Source: Solirubrobacteraceae bacterium (GTDB lineage Bacteria > Actinomycetota > Thermoleophilia > Solirubrobacterales > Solirubrobacteraceae). Taken from it: 64,000 bases of DNA. The position numbers and the translations under genes were made by a program. Location: contig DATJXX010000004.1 in the NCBI GenBank assembly GCA_035499875.1, positions 4,610 to 68,609 of the forward strand. The letters are read 5' to 3'. Of the stretch, positions 47,786-57,320 are shown one piece after another (within the stretch, counting starts at the first letter, position 1; each line of letters begins with the position of its first letter). Under the pieces are notes generated by a model that worked only from the letters and a program-made list of their open reading frames with translations, ran no database searches and was not told the DNA's origin.

Positions 47786-49005
47786 AGGAGGTTGTTAGAC
47801 GAGCGGTTCCACGGCTCGAAGGTCAGGTGACGGTGCAGGTACACGGCGGTCTCGCGCAGCACGGCCAGGATCGGCAGCGCGATCAGCGCGCCGATCACAC
47901 CGTGGACCTGCAGTCCCAGCAGCAGCGCGAAGATCACCAGCAGCGGGTTGATGCGCAGCGTGTGGCCGAAGATCTGGGGCGCCACGATGTGCCCCTCGAG
48001 CTGTTGCAGCCCCACGAACGTGAGCGTCACCCACAGCGCCGAGATGGGGTCGGTGAACAGCGCCACGATCACAGGCAGCAGCGCACCCAGGATCGGCCCG
48101 ACATACGGGATCAGCTCGAAGAAGCCGTAGAAGAGACCGAACACCACCGCGTAGGTCCGCCCGGGCTCGAAGATGCCGACCACGCCGAGGACGTACATCG
48201 CCAGCGCGGCGGTCGCGCCCATGATCAGGCTGAACAGCAGCTGCCCCCCGACGTAGCGGGCGACGGCGCTCTGCACGAGCCACGGATAGTCGTCGCCGCG
48301 GGTCCCGTCGCCGGGCGGCATCACGCGCCGCACCAGCACCCCGATGCGCGCCCCGTACAGCAGCATGTAGATCGACAGCACGAAGATCAGCACGAGGTCG
48401 AACAGCGCGCTCGCGACTTCGCTGAGCACGCCCCCGCTGAACGAGACGATCGAGCCGGCGCCTTTGGTGGCCTTGTCTCCGAGCGTCTGCAGGGCGGTTT
48501 TGCCCTGCTTGATGAAGTGCACGTGGATGCCGTCTTTGTTGAGCGTGCGCTGGAAGCGTGCGAGGTTCGTGTTGGCTTCCTTGGTTATGTGGGGTATGTC
48601 GTCGGCGAATTTGGATGCCTGATTGGAGATAGGGTTGGCCAGCAGCAACGCGATGCCGGTGACGATCAGGAAGAACGCGATGTACACGACGAGGACCGCA
48701 AGGCCCCGCGGCAGCCGCCCGCGCGAGAGGAACGCGACGATGGGGTTGAGGATCAGCGCGATGAGCCCCGCGACAATGAAGATCACCAGCACTTTCCCGG
48801 CGGCTTTCGCGATCGCCCACAACCCCACGATCGCCAGCGGCAGCACCACCAGCTGCACCCACCGGGGCACCAGCACGCGGGGCGGCTCCGCGGCGGCCTG
48901 CTCCGCCGTCGGCTTGTCCTGCGGGGGCTCTCCCGCAAGCGCGCGCTCCTCGCTGGTGGGCTCCTCGGACGGCGGTGGTGATGGCTTCTCCGAGACGCCT
49001 CTCAC
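47782..49005 (-). CDS. AI-2E family transporter
   Basis: ALILNP, ELIPYVGP, QQLEGHIVAP, GVIGALIALP. Confidence 0.92.
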   Translation of the reverse strand: MRGVSEKPSPPPSEEPTSEERALAGEPPQDKPTAEQAAAEPPRVLVPRWVQLVVLPLAIVGLWAIAKAAGKVLVIFIVAGLIALILNPIVAFLSRGRLPRGLAVLVVYIAFFLIVTGIALLLANPISNQASKFADDIPHITKEANTNLARFQRTLNKDGIHVHFIKQGKTALQTLGDKATKGAGSIVSFSGGVLSEVASALFDLVLIFVLSIYMLLYGARIGVLVRRVMPPGDGTRGDDYPWLVQSAVARYVGGQLLFSLIMGATAALAMYVLGVVGIFEPGRTYAVVFGLFYGFFELIPYVGPILGALLPVIVALFTDPISALWVTLTFVGLQQLEGHIVAPQIFGHTLRINPLLVIFALLLGLQVHGVIGALIALPILAVLRETAVYLHRHLTFEPWNRSSNNLL

Positions 49006-49028
49006 GCTCTTCCCACCATCGCCAGAGT

Positions 49029-49865
49029 ATGGCTGAGCCGGAGGCGTCCCCCGCCGGGGCAGGGGAGGGCACGAGCCTCCTGTTCGTCGGCGACGTGGTC
49101 GGCGGCATCGGCCGGCGCACGCTGCTCGACTGCCTGCCCGTGCTGCGCGAGCGCTACGACCCCACGTTCGTCGTCGTCAACGGCGAGAACGCCGCCGGCG
49201 GCCTCGGCATCACCCCGAAGATCGCCGACCAGATGTTCGCCGCGGGGGTCGACGTGATCACGCTCGGCAACCACACCTTCCACCGCCGCGAGATCTATCC
49301 GTACCTCAACGGGGGACGCCCGATCCTGCGTCCCGCGAACTTCCTGCGCACCCAGCCCGGCAAGGGCGCGGTGATGGTCGAACGAGACGGCGTGCGCCTC
49401 GGTGTGGTCAACCTCAGCGGCAACCTCTACCTGCGCGCCGGTCGCTCGGCCTTCAGCGAGATCGAGGCGGCGCTCGGCGAGCTGGGCGAGGCCGACCAGG
49501 TGCTGGTGGACATGCACGCCGAGGCTACCTCCGAGAAGGTGGCGCTCGGTTGGCACCTCGACGGTCGCGTGACCGCCGTGGTGGGGACGCACACGCATGT
49601 GCCGACGGCCGATGCCAGGGTCCTACCCGGGGGCACCGCCTACATCACCGACGTCGGCATGACCGGGCCGCGCGGGGGCGTGATCGGCGTCAAACGCGAG
49701 CAGGCGATCGAGGCGCTGCTGACGCAGATGCCGACGCGCTTTGAGACCTCCGAAGAGGACCCCTGGCTGATGGGGGTGCTGATCAGGTGCTCAGCGCCGC
49801 GGCGCGCGCAGTCGATCGAGCAGGTTCTGATGCCGCGTCCTGCGCCGGCGCCGGCGCAGGGCTGA
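49029..49865 (+). CDS. YmdB-like metallophosphoesterase (TIGR00282)
   Basis: GDVVG, NGENAAGG, TLGNH, HAEATSEK, GTHTHV, TDVGMTG. Confidence 0.93.
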   Translation: MAEPEASPAGAGEGTSLLFVGDVVGGIGRRTLLDCLPVLRERYDPTFVVVNGENAAGGLGITPKIADQMFAAGVDVITLGNHTFHRREIYPYLNGGRPILRPANFLRTQPGKGAVMVERDGVRLGVVNLSGNLYLRAGRSAFSEIEAALGELGEADQVLVDMHAEATSEKVALGWHLDGRVTAVVGTHTHVPTADARVLPGGTAYITDVGMTGPRGGVIGVKREQAIEALLTQMPTRFETSEEDPWLMGVLIRCSAPRRAQSIEQVLMPRPAPAPAQG

Positions 49866-51492
49866 AGCGCCCCAGCAGGGCCACGATCGTGAGCCCGAAG
49901 AACCACGGGATGTACAGGTAGAACCAGTGTTCCATGGCGAGCTCGACGGCGAGCATGATCGCCGCGCAGCCCGCCGCCAGCCCCACCATGTCGCTGCGCC
50001 GGGGGACCACCGCCAGCACCAGCGCCAGGCCCGCCGCGACCAGCTCGGCCGCGAGCTCGGCGCCGTGCCACCCGTACAGCCCCCACACGGAGAAGGGGGA
50101 GTCGCGGTTGCCCTGGTAGGAGAGCGTGCGCTCGTACAGCGTGTGCAGCGAGTCGTGTGTGACGGCCGGGATCATCGCCAGCGCGCCCAGCACCAGGAAG
50201 CCCGCCGCGAACAGCGCCAGTGAGCGCAGGCCCCGCGCGCGGGGCATCCCGCGCAGGCCGTCGGTCGCGAGTATCGGGGCAAGCGTGATCGGGGCGAGCT
50301 TGGTGAGCGCCGCCAGTGCGGCGAACGCGCCGCGGGCGAAGCGGGCCGCGCCGGAGGCGTAGGTAGCGGCGAGCAGCGCGGCCAGCACGGTTGCGGCCAC
50401 CAGCGTGTCGTTGGCGTTGCTCTCGAGCGCGAACAGCGTGAACGGGTAGGACGCCCAGGCGTAGGCGAAGGCGACCCCGAGGGTGGGGCCGCGCATGCGT
50501 CGGCCGAGCAGGAACAGCAGCCCGATCGTCAGCAGGTCGAAGAAGACCGCCGCGCCGTGGGCGGCCGGCAGGTCGTCCCAGCGGCCGCCCCAGCCGAAGA
50601 TCTGCTGGAAGGGTACGTAGGCCTCGTAGTTGAACGGCCCGTAGGTGTCGCCGTGTTCGTTGTCGGCGGGGAAGCCCCCGTACAACGGGCGGTCGTGGGT
50701 GATGCGTTGGGCCCCGATCACGCCGGCGTACCCGACGTCGATCACGTTCGAGTCGGTGACGTTGAGGCCCACCCGGAAGCCGACCAGGAACACCAGCGCG
50801 ATCGCGAGCCAGGGCGCGGGGATCAGCAGGCGCAGGGGCCCGGGTGAGCTCGCGCCGGCGGCTCGTCTTCGTAGCAGCCACAGCATGCGCCCGAACAGGT
50901 ACAGCAGTGGCGGGTAGGCGAGTGGGACCGACGCCCAGATGTTGGCGTGGTTGAAGAACGCCAGCGACACGGAGAACGACAGCAGCGCAAGCAGGTCGAG
51001 GTGCAGCAGCGACAGGGGCCGGCGGAAGTTGACGAACGGGAGCGCGAACAGCAGGCACATGGGCAGCCAGATGTAGAGCGCGTTGACATGCTCCCCGAAG
51101 GCCCCCCGGTAGCCGCGGGCCATCGTCCACGCGACCTGGAAGCCCGTCCACGCCTCCAGCACGCGGCCGGTGCGGTCGGCGATGATCACCTGCGCCAGTT
51201 CGGTACGCCCGCCCTTGGTGAAAAAGCTCACCTGCCAGCGCAGCGGGCCCTTCGTGTAGACCAGCCCGTAGGAGTCGGGGTGCCCGCGGCGGGCGAGGCG
51301 GACCTTCGCCACCGCTCTCGCGATCGCCAGCGCACGTTGCGCCGACAGCGTGCGGCCACGCATCGGCGTGCTCGACAGCGCAACCTCGATCGGGGATTCC
51401 GGGGCCGGCGTGACCGACACGGCCGCGCTCGCGCCGGCGGGCAGGCCCAGCGCGAGCCCGGCGCAGAGCACCGCCGGAAGCAGGCGTCTCAC
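49783..51492 (-). CDS. GT-C (GT87/DUF2029-like) membrane glycosyltransferase with N-terminal extracellular domain
   Basis: Signal peptide; IDVGY, HGDTYGP, SNAND, TKLAP, WFYLYIPWF; polytopic. Confidence 0.72.
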   Translation of the reverse strand: MRRLLPAVLCAGLALGLPAGASAAVSVTPAPESPIEVALSSTPMRGRTLSAQRALAIARAVAKVRLARRGHPDSYGLVYTKGPLRWQVSFFTKGGRTELAQVIIADRTGRVLEAWTGFQVAWTMARGYRGAFGEHVNALYIWLPMCLLFALPFVNFRRPLSLLHLDLLALLSFSVSLAFFNHANIWASVPLAYPPLLYLFGRMLWLLRRRAAGASSPGPLRLLIPAPWLAIALVFLVGFRVGLNVTDSNVIDVGYAGVIGAQRITHDRPLYGGFPADNEHGDTYGPFNYEAYVPFQQIFGWGGRWDDLPAAHGAAVFFDLLTIGLLFLLGRRMRGPTLGVAFAYAWASYPFTLFALESNANDTLVAATVLAALLAATYASGAARFARGAFAALAALTKLAPITLAPILATDGLRGMPRARGLRSLALFAAGFLVLGALAMIPAVTHDSLHTLYERTLSYQGNRDSPFSVWGLYGWHGAELAAELVAAGLALVLAVVPRRSDMVGLAAGCAAIMLAVELAMEHWFYLYIPWFFGLTIVALLGRFSPAPAPAQDAASEPARSTARAAALST

Positions 51493-53021
51493 TTCTGTTC
51501 GATGCTAACGGGACCCGGATCGCGCACGTCGAAGTGGTCGAGCACGAGCCCCGCGACGTCGCGGATCGCCCACTGGGCCGGCTCCCTGGGGGGGAGCGCA
51601 AGCCCGCTGAACAGCAGCGCGCCCAGCGAGTCGCAGGCGTGCAGCGAGCCGTGGCTGCCACCGCCGACGTGCGCCTGGCGGCCCCAGTCGACGAACTCGA
51701 AGCCGTCCGCCGCCGACAGCAGCACCTCACCCGAGTTGGGACAGCTCAGCGCCGACCAGGCGCGTGCCAGCGCATCCGGGTACCCGGGCGTGGCCAGCAC
51801 CCCGTCGTGCACCTGCGCCCCGAGCACCCCGAGCTCCCCCTCCACGCTCCAGCGCCGGCCGCGCGGATCCTGCAACTCGCCCTCGGGGACGAAGCGCAGC
51901 TCGCCCCGTTCGGGGCTCGCCACCACGGCCTCTCGGGGGGCCTCGTGGGCGTCGCGCTCGAGCCACATCACCAGGTCCACGCCCTCGATCGTGAGCGCTC
52001 GGGCCACCACGGAGGCGCGCATCGCGTCGCGCTCGGACTCATGCAGGGCGTACACCATCGCCGCCCGCTGGGAGGGGCACACCGCGATCCGCGCGTCACG
52101 CTCGGCGCCGCGGCCCTGACGGGCGGGTCCGAGCACGCCCAGCTCCGAAAGCTCGTCCTGCAACGCGATCTCGGCACCCACCGGCGCCTGGGAATGGTCG
52201 GCCATGACGATCATCGCGTGCTCGTCCAGGAACCGCTCTACCCCGCCGCCGGCGTTCATCACCCGCGCCAGCTGCAGGTCGGCCTGCGCGATCGAGTGAA
52301 TCTGGGCGTCGGGTCCGCGCTTGTGCGAGTACCAGTCGTTGTCGGGGAGCGACAGCAGCAGGAAGTCGAACAGGTCGTGCTCGACCAGGTACGAGGACAC
52401 GCACCCGGAGTGGCGGTCGCGAACGCCCGGCATGCCGAGGTTCGAACGGCAGCCGGTGCGCCGTGAGGCGAAGATGTCCGCGTAGAACAGCTCCCGCGGG
52501 CCGAGTACGGGGTGGCGCATGAGCGTGGCCGCCATGCGCGTGAGGGCGGAGTCGCGCTGGGGCTCGTGGCGGTGGCGCCCCCGGTACATCAGGTAGGTGG
52601 TGCCGGCGGTGCGCACGTCGGCGTCGTCGAGCACCTCGAACACGGTGGGGGTCTCGGCGTTGAGGTGGGCGCGGTTCATGTTGTAGACGGTGTCGGTGAG
52701 CTGGCGGGCGATCCCGAACCGCTGCGCGGCACGAAAGCTCGAGCCGTACTCGACGTAGCGGTCCTCCTCGCGGTGGAACCAGTTCATCGCCGGGATCAGG
52801 TGCTCGTCCTGGGCGGTGCCGGTGACGATCGAGGCGGCGCACACGGGCGTCACCGAGGGGAACGCCGCGACGCAGTCGGGCACGTAGTGGCCACGCTGGA
52901 GGATCCGCTCGAGCATCGGCGCGGTGCCCGCCCCGATCGCGCGCTCGAGCATCGCGGGGGCCATCGCGTCGATCACGCACAGGACCAGCTTCGAGGGCCC
53001 GCCGGCCCCGGTGGCGGCCAT
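51489..53021 (-). CDS. Alkaline phosphatase superfamily (nucleotide pyrophosphatase/phosphodiesterase-like), no signal peptide
   Basis: VIDA, FPSVT, DWYSH, MADHS, GSHGSL. Confidence 0.85.
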   Translation of the reverse strand: MAATGAGGPSKLVLCVIDAMAPAMLERAIGAGTAPMLERILQRGHYVPDCVAAFPSVTPVCAASIVTGTAQDEHLIPAMNWFHREEDRYVEYGSSFRAAQRFGIARQLTDTVYNMNRAHLNAETPTVFEVLDDADVRTAGTTYLMYRGRHRHEPQRDSALTRMAATLMRHPVLGPRELFYADIFASRRTGCRSNLGMPGVRDRHSGCVSSYLVEHDLFDFLLLSLPDNDWYSHKRGPDAQIHSIAQADLQLARVMNAGGGVERFLDEHAMIVMADHSQAPVGAEIALQDELSELGVLGPARQGRGAERDARIAVCPSQRAAMVYALHESERDAMRASVVARALTIEGVDLVMWLERDAHEAPREAVVASPERGELRFVPEGELQDPRGRRWSVEGELGVLGAQVHDGVLATPGYPDALARAWSALSCPNSGEVLLSAADGFEFVDWGRQAHVGGGSHGSLHACDSLGALLFSGLALPPREPAQWAIRDVAGLVLDHFDVRDPGPVSIEQK

Positions 53022-53647
53022 CAGCGGCGCAGGATGCGCAGACCGGCGTACTTCTCGGTGGCCCTCGAGCGGGTGCGCACCAGCATCCACGCGAGCAGCG
53101 CCACCAGCACGTAGCCGAGCGGGTGCAGCACGGCCACCAGCGCGGCGGCCGCGAGCGAGGCCGCGTCGAGGTACACGCTCAGCGCCTCACGGGCGCCGCG
53201 GTCGGCCAGGCGCGAGCGGGCCCCGAGGATGATCGGGGCGACCACCCGCTGGGCGAGGGCGGCCGCCGCGATGCCACCCAGCAGCCCGGGCCACCACGCG
53301 TCGTGATGCGCGGCGAGCGTGCCCGCGAACATCAGCCCGCCGGCCCCGAGGGCGAGGCCGGCCATGGACGCGGCCAGGGGGTCGGCCTGGCGCCGTGGGG
53401 CGCGGGGATCCAGCAGCGGGGCCAGGCCCAGGACGAGCTGTGCGGCGTAGGCCAGCACCAGCGTCACGGTCACCACAAGCAGCCACCAGCCTTCTTCCAG
53501 GAACACGAACGGCCCGGGGCTGAAGTCCACGCCCAGGGCCCCTGCGGAGGCCAGCGCCCCGGCGAGCAGCAGGGGCAGGAAGGGGCGAAAGCCGCTGGCC
53601 GCGCCGAGGCCGGCGCCCAGCCCGATGTCGAAGACGATTCCGTGCAT
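53021..53647 (-). CDS. DUF4126-like membrane protein
   Basis: GLGAASGFRPFLPLLL; hydrophobic throughout. Confidence 0.65.
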   Translation of the reverse strand: MHGIVFDIGLGAGLGAASGFRPFLPLLLAGALASAGALGVDFSPGPFVFLEEGWWLLVVTVTLVLAYAAQLVLGLAPLLDPRAPRRQADPLAASMAGLALGAGGLMFAGTLAAHHDAWWPGLLGGIAAAALAQRVVAPIILGARSRLADRGAREALSVYLDAASLAAAALVAVLHPLGYVLVALLAWMLVRTRSRATEKYAGLRILRR

Positions 53648-53676
53648 GCGGCGGGGTGGTCTGAGACGATACGCGA

Positions 53677-55146
53677 ATGGGCAAACCGAGCAGGACGGGC
53701 CCGGAGGGACGGGGCACGCGTCCCGCCGCTCACGAGCTGGCCCGCTACGAGGCGTTGTTTGCGACGCGCACGAAGGGCATGAAGAGCTCGGCGATGCGCG
53801 AGATGATGGCCCTCACCGAGCGCCCCGACGTGATCTCGCTGGCCGGAGGGCTGCCCGATACGAGCACCTTCCGCGCTGAGCGGTTCGCCAAGCTGATGGC
53901 CACGGTGGCGGCCGAGTCCACGGCCCGGGCCCTGCAGTATGGGCCGACCGAGGGAATGCGCATCACGGTGGATTCGATCGTCGAGGTGATGGCGGCCGAG
54001 AACACGCTGGTGGACCCCGAGAACGTGATCGTCACGACCGGCGGGCAGCAGGTGATCGACCTCGTCTGCAAGACACTGATCGACCCGGGGGACGTGATCG
54101 TGGCGGAGGCGCCCACCTATCCGGGGGCGGTGCCCACCTTCAGCGCCTACCAGGCGGACGTCGAGCAGATCGACGTGGACGACGAGGGGATGCCGATCGA
54201 CGAGCTCGAGCGCACGCTCGACCGCCTTGCGGCGGAGGGCCGACGCCCGAAGTTCATCTACACGATCCCCAACTTCCAGAACCCCGCCGGAGTCACGATG
54301 TCGCTGCCCCGGCGCAAGCGGCTGGTGGAGGTCGCCCGTGAGCGCGAGCTGCTGGTGCTCGAGGACAACCCCTACGGGCTGCTGCGCTACGACGGCCAGG
54401 CGCTGCCGACGCTGTACTCGCTCGACGCCGAATCGCTCGGCCGGGCGGGGGCCACCGACCTCGTGATCTACCTCGGAACGTTCTCGAAGATCCTCTCGCC
54501 CGGGGTGCGGCTGGGGTGGGCGGTGGCGCCGAGGCCGGTGCTGGAGAAGCTCAACCTCGGCAAACAGGGGTCCGACCTGTGTTCCTCGCCGGTGACCCAG
54601 ATGTTCGTGGCGGCCTACTTCGGCGAGCGGGCACGCGGCGGACGCCCGGCGTGGGAGGAGTACGTGGACTCGCTGCGGGAGCTCTACAGCCACCGCCGTG
54701 ACGTGATGCTCGAGTCCCTGGAGGAGCACTTCGGCGACAGCGCCCGCTGGACGACGCCGCGGGGAGGCCTGTTCGTGTGGGCCACCCTGGATGAGCGGAT
54801 CGACACCACCGACCTGCTGACCCTGGCCCTCAAGAGCGACGGCGTCGCGTTCGTGCCGGGCCGGGCGGCCTACATGGACGGCCGCCGCGGCTCCTCCTCG
54901 ATGCGACTCAACTTCGCCGGCGTCCCCGAGCAGGACATCCGCGAGGGGATCCGCCGGATCGGGCGCGGCGTGCGCGAGCAGCTCGGGCTCCTGGGGACGC
55001 TGACGGGCTCTCCGGCCACGGCGCCGCGCGCCTCCGGAAAGCAGGGAGGGAAGGCCTCGCAGGGGCCGCAGGAGCCGATGGCCGACGTCGTCAAGCTCCC
55101 CCGCCGGGAGGGGTCGCGGGGCGCACGCCGCAGCGGCGACCGATGA
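53677..55146 (+). CDS. PLP-dependent class I/II aminotransferase (LysN/ARO8-like)
   Basis: ISLAGGLP, LQYG, PNFQNPAG, EDNPY, GTFSKILSPGVRLG. Confidence 0.9.
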   Translation: MGKPSRTGPEGRGTRPAAHELARYEALFATRTKGMKSSAMREMMALTERPDVISLAGGLPDTSTFRAERFAKLMATVAAESTARALQYGPTEGMRITVDSIVEVMAAENTLVDPENVIVTTGGQQVIDLVCKTLIDPGDVIVAEAPTYPGAVPTFSAYQADVEQIDVDDEGMPIDELERTLDRLAAEGRRPKFIYTIPNFQNPAGVTMSLPRRKRLVEVARERELLVLEDNPYGLLRYDGQALPTLYSLDAESLGRAGATDLVIYLGTFSKILSPGVRLGWAVAPRPVLEKLNLGKQGSDLCSSPVTQMFVAAYFGERARGGRPAWEEYVDSLRELYSHRRDVMLESLEEHFGDSARWTTPRGGLFVWATLDERIDTTDLLTLALKSDGVAFVPGRAAYMDGRRGSSSMRLNFAGVPEQDIREGIRRIGRGVREQLGLLGTLTGSPATAPRASGKQGGKASQGPQEPMADVVKLPRREGSRGARRSGDR

Positions 55147-55171
55147 GCGCCGCCCGGCGACACACCCGCCG

Positions 55172-56140
55172 ATGAGCGCCCCCAGGCGGGTGGCGGTCCT
55201 AAAGGGGGGCCGCTCGCTGGAGCGCAGCGTCTCGCTGCGTTCGGGGGCCCAGGTGCAGGATGCGCTCGGGGGGCTCGGACACGAGGTGATCGCCCTCGAC
55301 GTGGGGGAGACGTTCGTGCCCGAGCTGATCGAGCGGGACGCCGAGGTGGCATTCGTGGCCCTGCATGGGCGCGACGGGGAGGACGGCACCGTGCAGGGCC
55401 TGCTGGAGGCCCTCGCGATCCCCTACACGGGCTCGGGGCAGGCGGGCTGCATGAGGGCCACCGACAAGGTGCTGGCCAAGCTGCTGATGCGCGAGGCGGG
55501 AATCCCGACCCCTCCGTTCCACGCCCTGCGGGAGGACTCGATCAAGGAGCTCGGCGCGGCCGCGGCGCTCGAGCGGATCAAGCAGGACATCGGCCTGCCG
55601 CTGGTGGTCAAGCCGGCAAAAGGGGGCTCGGCCCTGGGCGTGAAGTTCGCCCGCGACGCGGAGGAGCTGCCGAAAGCGATGGTGGGCGCCTTCTCCTACG
55701 ACCGCACGATCCTGCTCGAACGCTACGTCCGCGGCCGCGACCTGGCGGTGTCGCTGCTGGAGGATCCCGGCGACAGCTCCGGCTCCGGCGTGATGGCCCT
55801 GCCGATCGTCGAGGCGGTCCCCCGGGAGGAGGAGTTCTACGACTACGAGTCCCGCTACGAGATCGGGATGACGACGTTCGTGTGCCCGGCGGAGCTGCCC
55901 CCGGAGACGACCGCGCGGGCCCAAGAGCTGGCGGTGCGGGTGTACGAGCTGCTCGGCTGCCACGGCCTCGCGCGCGTCGACCTGATGCTGGAGCGGGACA
56001 CGGAGAAGCTGTGGGTCCTGGAGACGAACGTGGTGCCGGGGATGACCGAGACGAGCCTGCTTCCCCAGGCCGCCGACGCGGCGGGGATCACCTTCGAGGA
56101 GCTCGTCGAGCGGATCCTGGCGAGCGCCTTCAGCCGGTAG
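55172..56140 (+). CDS. ddl: D-alanine--D-alanine ligase
   Basis: GGRSLERSVSLRSG, ALHG..GEDG, VVKP..GGS, FYDYESRY, ETNVVPGMT..SL. Confidence 0.92.
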   Translation: MSAPRRVAVLKGGRSLERSVSLRSGAQVQDALGGLGHEVIALDVGETFVPELIERDAEVAFVALHGRDGEDGTVQGLLEALAIPYTGSGQAGCMRATDKVLAKLLMREAGIPTPPFHALREDSIKELGAAAALERIKQDIGLPLVVKPAKGGSALGVKFARDAEELPKAMVGAFSYDRTILLERYVRGRDLAVSLLEDPGDSSGSGVMALPIVEAVPREEEFYDYESRYEIGMTTFVCPAELPPETTARAQELAVRVYELLGCHGLARVDLMLERDTEKLWVLETNVVPGMTETSLLPQAADAAGITFEELVERILASAFSR

Positions 56141-56154
56141 GACGGGCGGGTCCT

Positions 56155-56215
56155 GTCAGGCCACGCGCCCGGGTGGCGTCAGGCGACGCGGCCCGGGTGG
56201 CGTCAGGCCACGCGG
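56155..56215. repeat. 23-24-bp tandem repeat between convergent genes
   Basis: gtcaggccacgcg(g)cccgggtggc at 56155, 56178 and partially 56202. Confidence 0.75.
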
Positions 56216-56227
56216 GCGCCGCGCGGC

Positions 56228-56719
56228 TCAGCTGTCGCCGGCGGCGAAGTCCTCGGGGGAGACCCGGTCGAGGAACTCCTTGAACTTCTCGACCACGTCC
56301 TCCGAGTCCTCTACGTCGTGCTCGAACTCGATGGCGGACTCGGAGATGACCTCCTCGGCGGCGTAGATCGGGGCGCCGGCACGGACGGCGAGGGCGATCG
56401 CGTCGCTGGGGCGGGAGTCGATCTCCAGCTCGCGGCCGCCGACGCTGAGCGTGATAGAGGCGAAGAAGGTGTTCTCGCGGAGCTCTGTGACAGATACCTG
56501 GGTGCACCTGACGTCGAGCTCGCCGAGGATGTCGCACAGCAGGTCGTGTGTCATCGGGCGGGGTGTGCCGGCCCCCTGGAGCTTCATCAGGATCGAGGCC
56601 GCCTCGGGATGACCGATCCATATCGGCAGGAACTTGTTGCCGTCGACGGTCTTCAGAAGCACGATCGGCTGCTTGCCAACCATGTCGAAGCTGACGCCGT
56701 AGATGACCATCTCCTGCAC
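56228..56719 (-). CDS. Bifunctional nuclease family (DUF151) protein
   Basis: LPIWIGHPEA, PRPMTHDL, DSRPSDAIALA. Confidence 0.93.
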   Translation of the reverse strand: MQEMVIYGVSFDMVGKQPIVLLKTVDGNKFLPIWIGHPEAASILMKLQGAGTPRPMTHDLLCDILGELDVRCTQVSVTELRENTFFASITLSVGGRELEIDSRPSDAIALAVRAGAPIYAAEEVISESAIEFEHDVEDSEDVVEKFKEFLDRVSPEDFAAGDS

Positions 56720-56772
56720 GAAGATCCTCCGGGAGGGTGAAGTCAGAGTATAGGTGTCGAGGCCGTGGGCTC

Positions 56773-56803
56773 CGAGCGCCTGGAGGGGTCCTCTAGGCGC
56801 TCG
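56773..56803 (-). terminator. Hairpin downstream of the GtrA gene
   Basis: cgagcgcctggagg-ggt-cctctaggcgctcg. Confidence 0.5.
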
Positions 56804-56811
56804 CAGAGGCC

Positions 56812-57270
56812 CTAACGGGGGCTCTCCCGCTTGAAGCTCCAGAGCTTGTTGCCGAGGAAGTTGACCGGCATCGAGCAGCCCACGGCGAGCGCCTGGGCGA
56901 GGACCTTCTCGAGCCCCGCACCCTCCACGAACAGCGTCAGGAGCAGCAGGCTGAGGGCCTCGGCGACGAGGCTGACGAGCAGGAAGCGGACCGCCTGGGC
57001 GTGGGCGCGCCCGTCGGCGGCGTCGAAGGTCCAGTGGCGGTTGAGCACGAAGTTGTTGAGCACCGCCACCAGCCAGGCGACCACGTTGGCGGCGTGGTAG
57101 TCGATCCCGACCCCGTGCACACAAACCGCGTACACGGCCAGGTTGACGACGAATCCGACGCCTCCCACGAGGCCGAAACGCACCAGCTGGAGCCAGTTTT
57201 CCGGTCGGCGCATGCCGTGCAGCAAGCGCACGTGCGGCCGGATCTCGACGACAGAGGCGTCCTCGCGCAT
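56812..57270 (-). CDS. GtrA family flippase-like protein
   Basis: RFGLVG, NNFVLNRHWTF, NFLGNKLWSF. Confidence 0.92.
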   Translation of the reverse strand: MREDASVVEIRPHVRLLHGMRRPENWLQLVRFGLVGGVGFVVNLAVYAVCVHGVGIDYHAANVVAWLVAVLNNFVLNRHWTFDAADGRAHAQAVRFLLVSLVAEALSLLLLTLFVEGAGLEKVLAQALAVGCSMPVNFLGNKLWSFKRESPR

Positions 57271-57320
57271 TGGAGCAGGGTAGCGGCACCTTCGGGGGGG
57301 CCGCTCGCTAGCCTAGCCTA

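Noticed and set aside
55168-55175. GCCGATGA before ddl as a sigma-28 promoter
   Set aside because: No -35 element at the 16-nt spacing; the match comes from the start-codon context
55172-56140. Vancomycin-resistance D-Ala-D-Lac ligase
   Set aside because: The omega-loop Tyr is retained (YDYESRY) and there are no vanH/vanX neighbours
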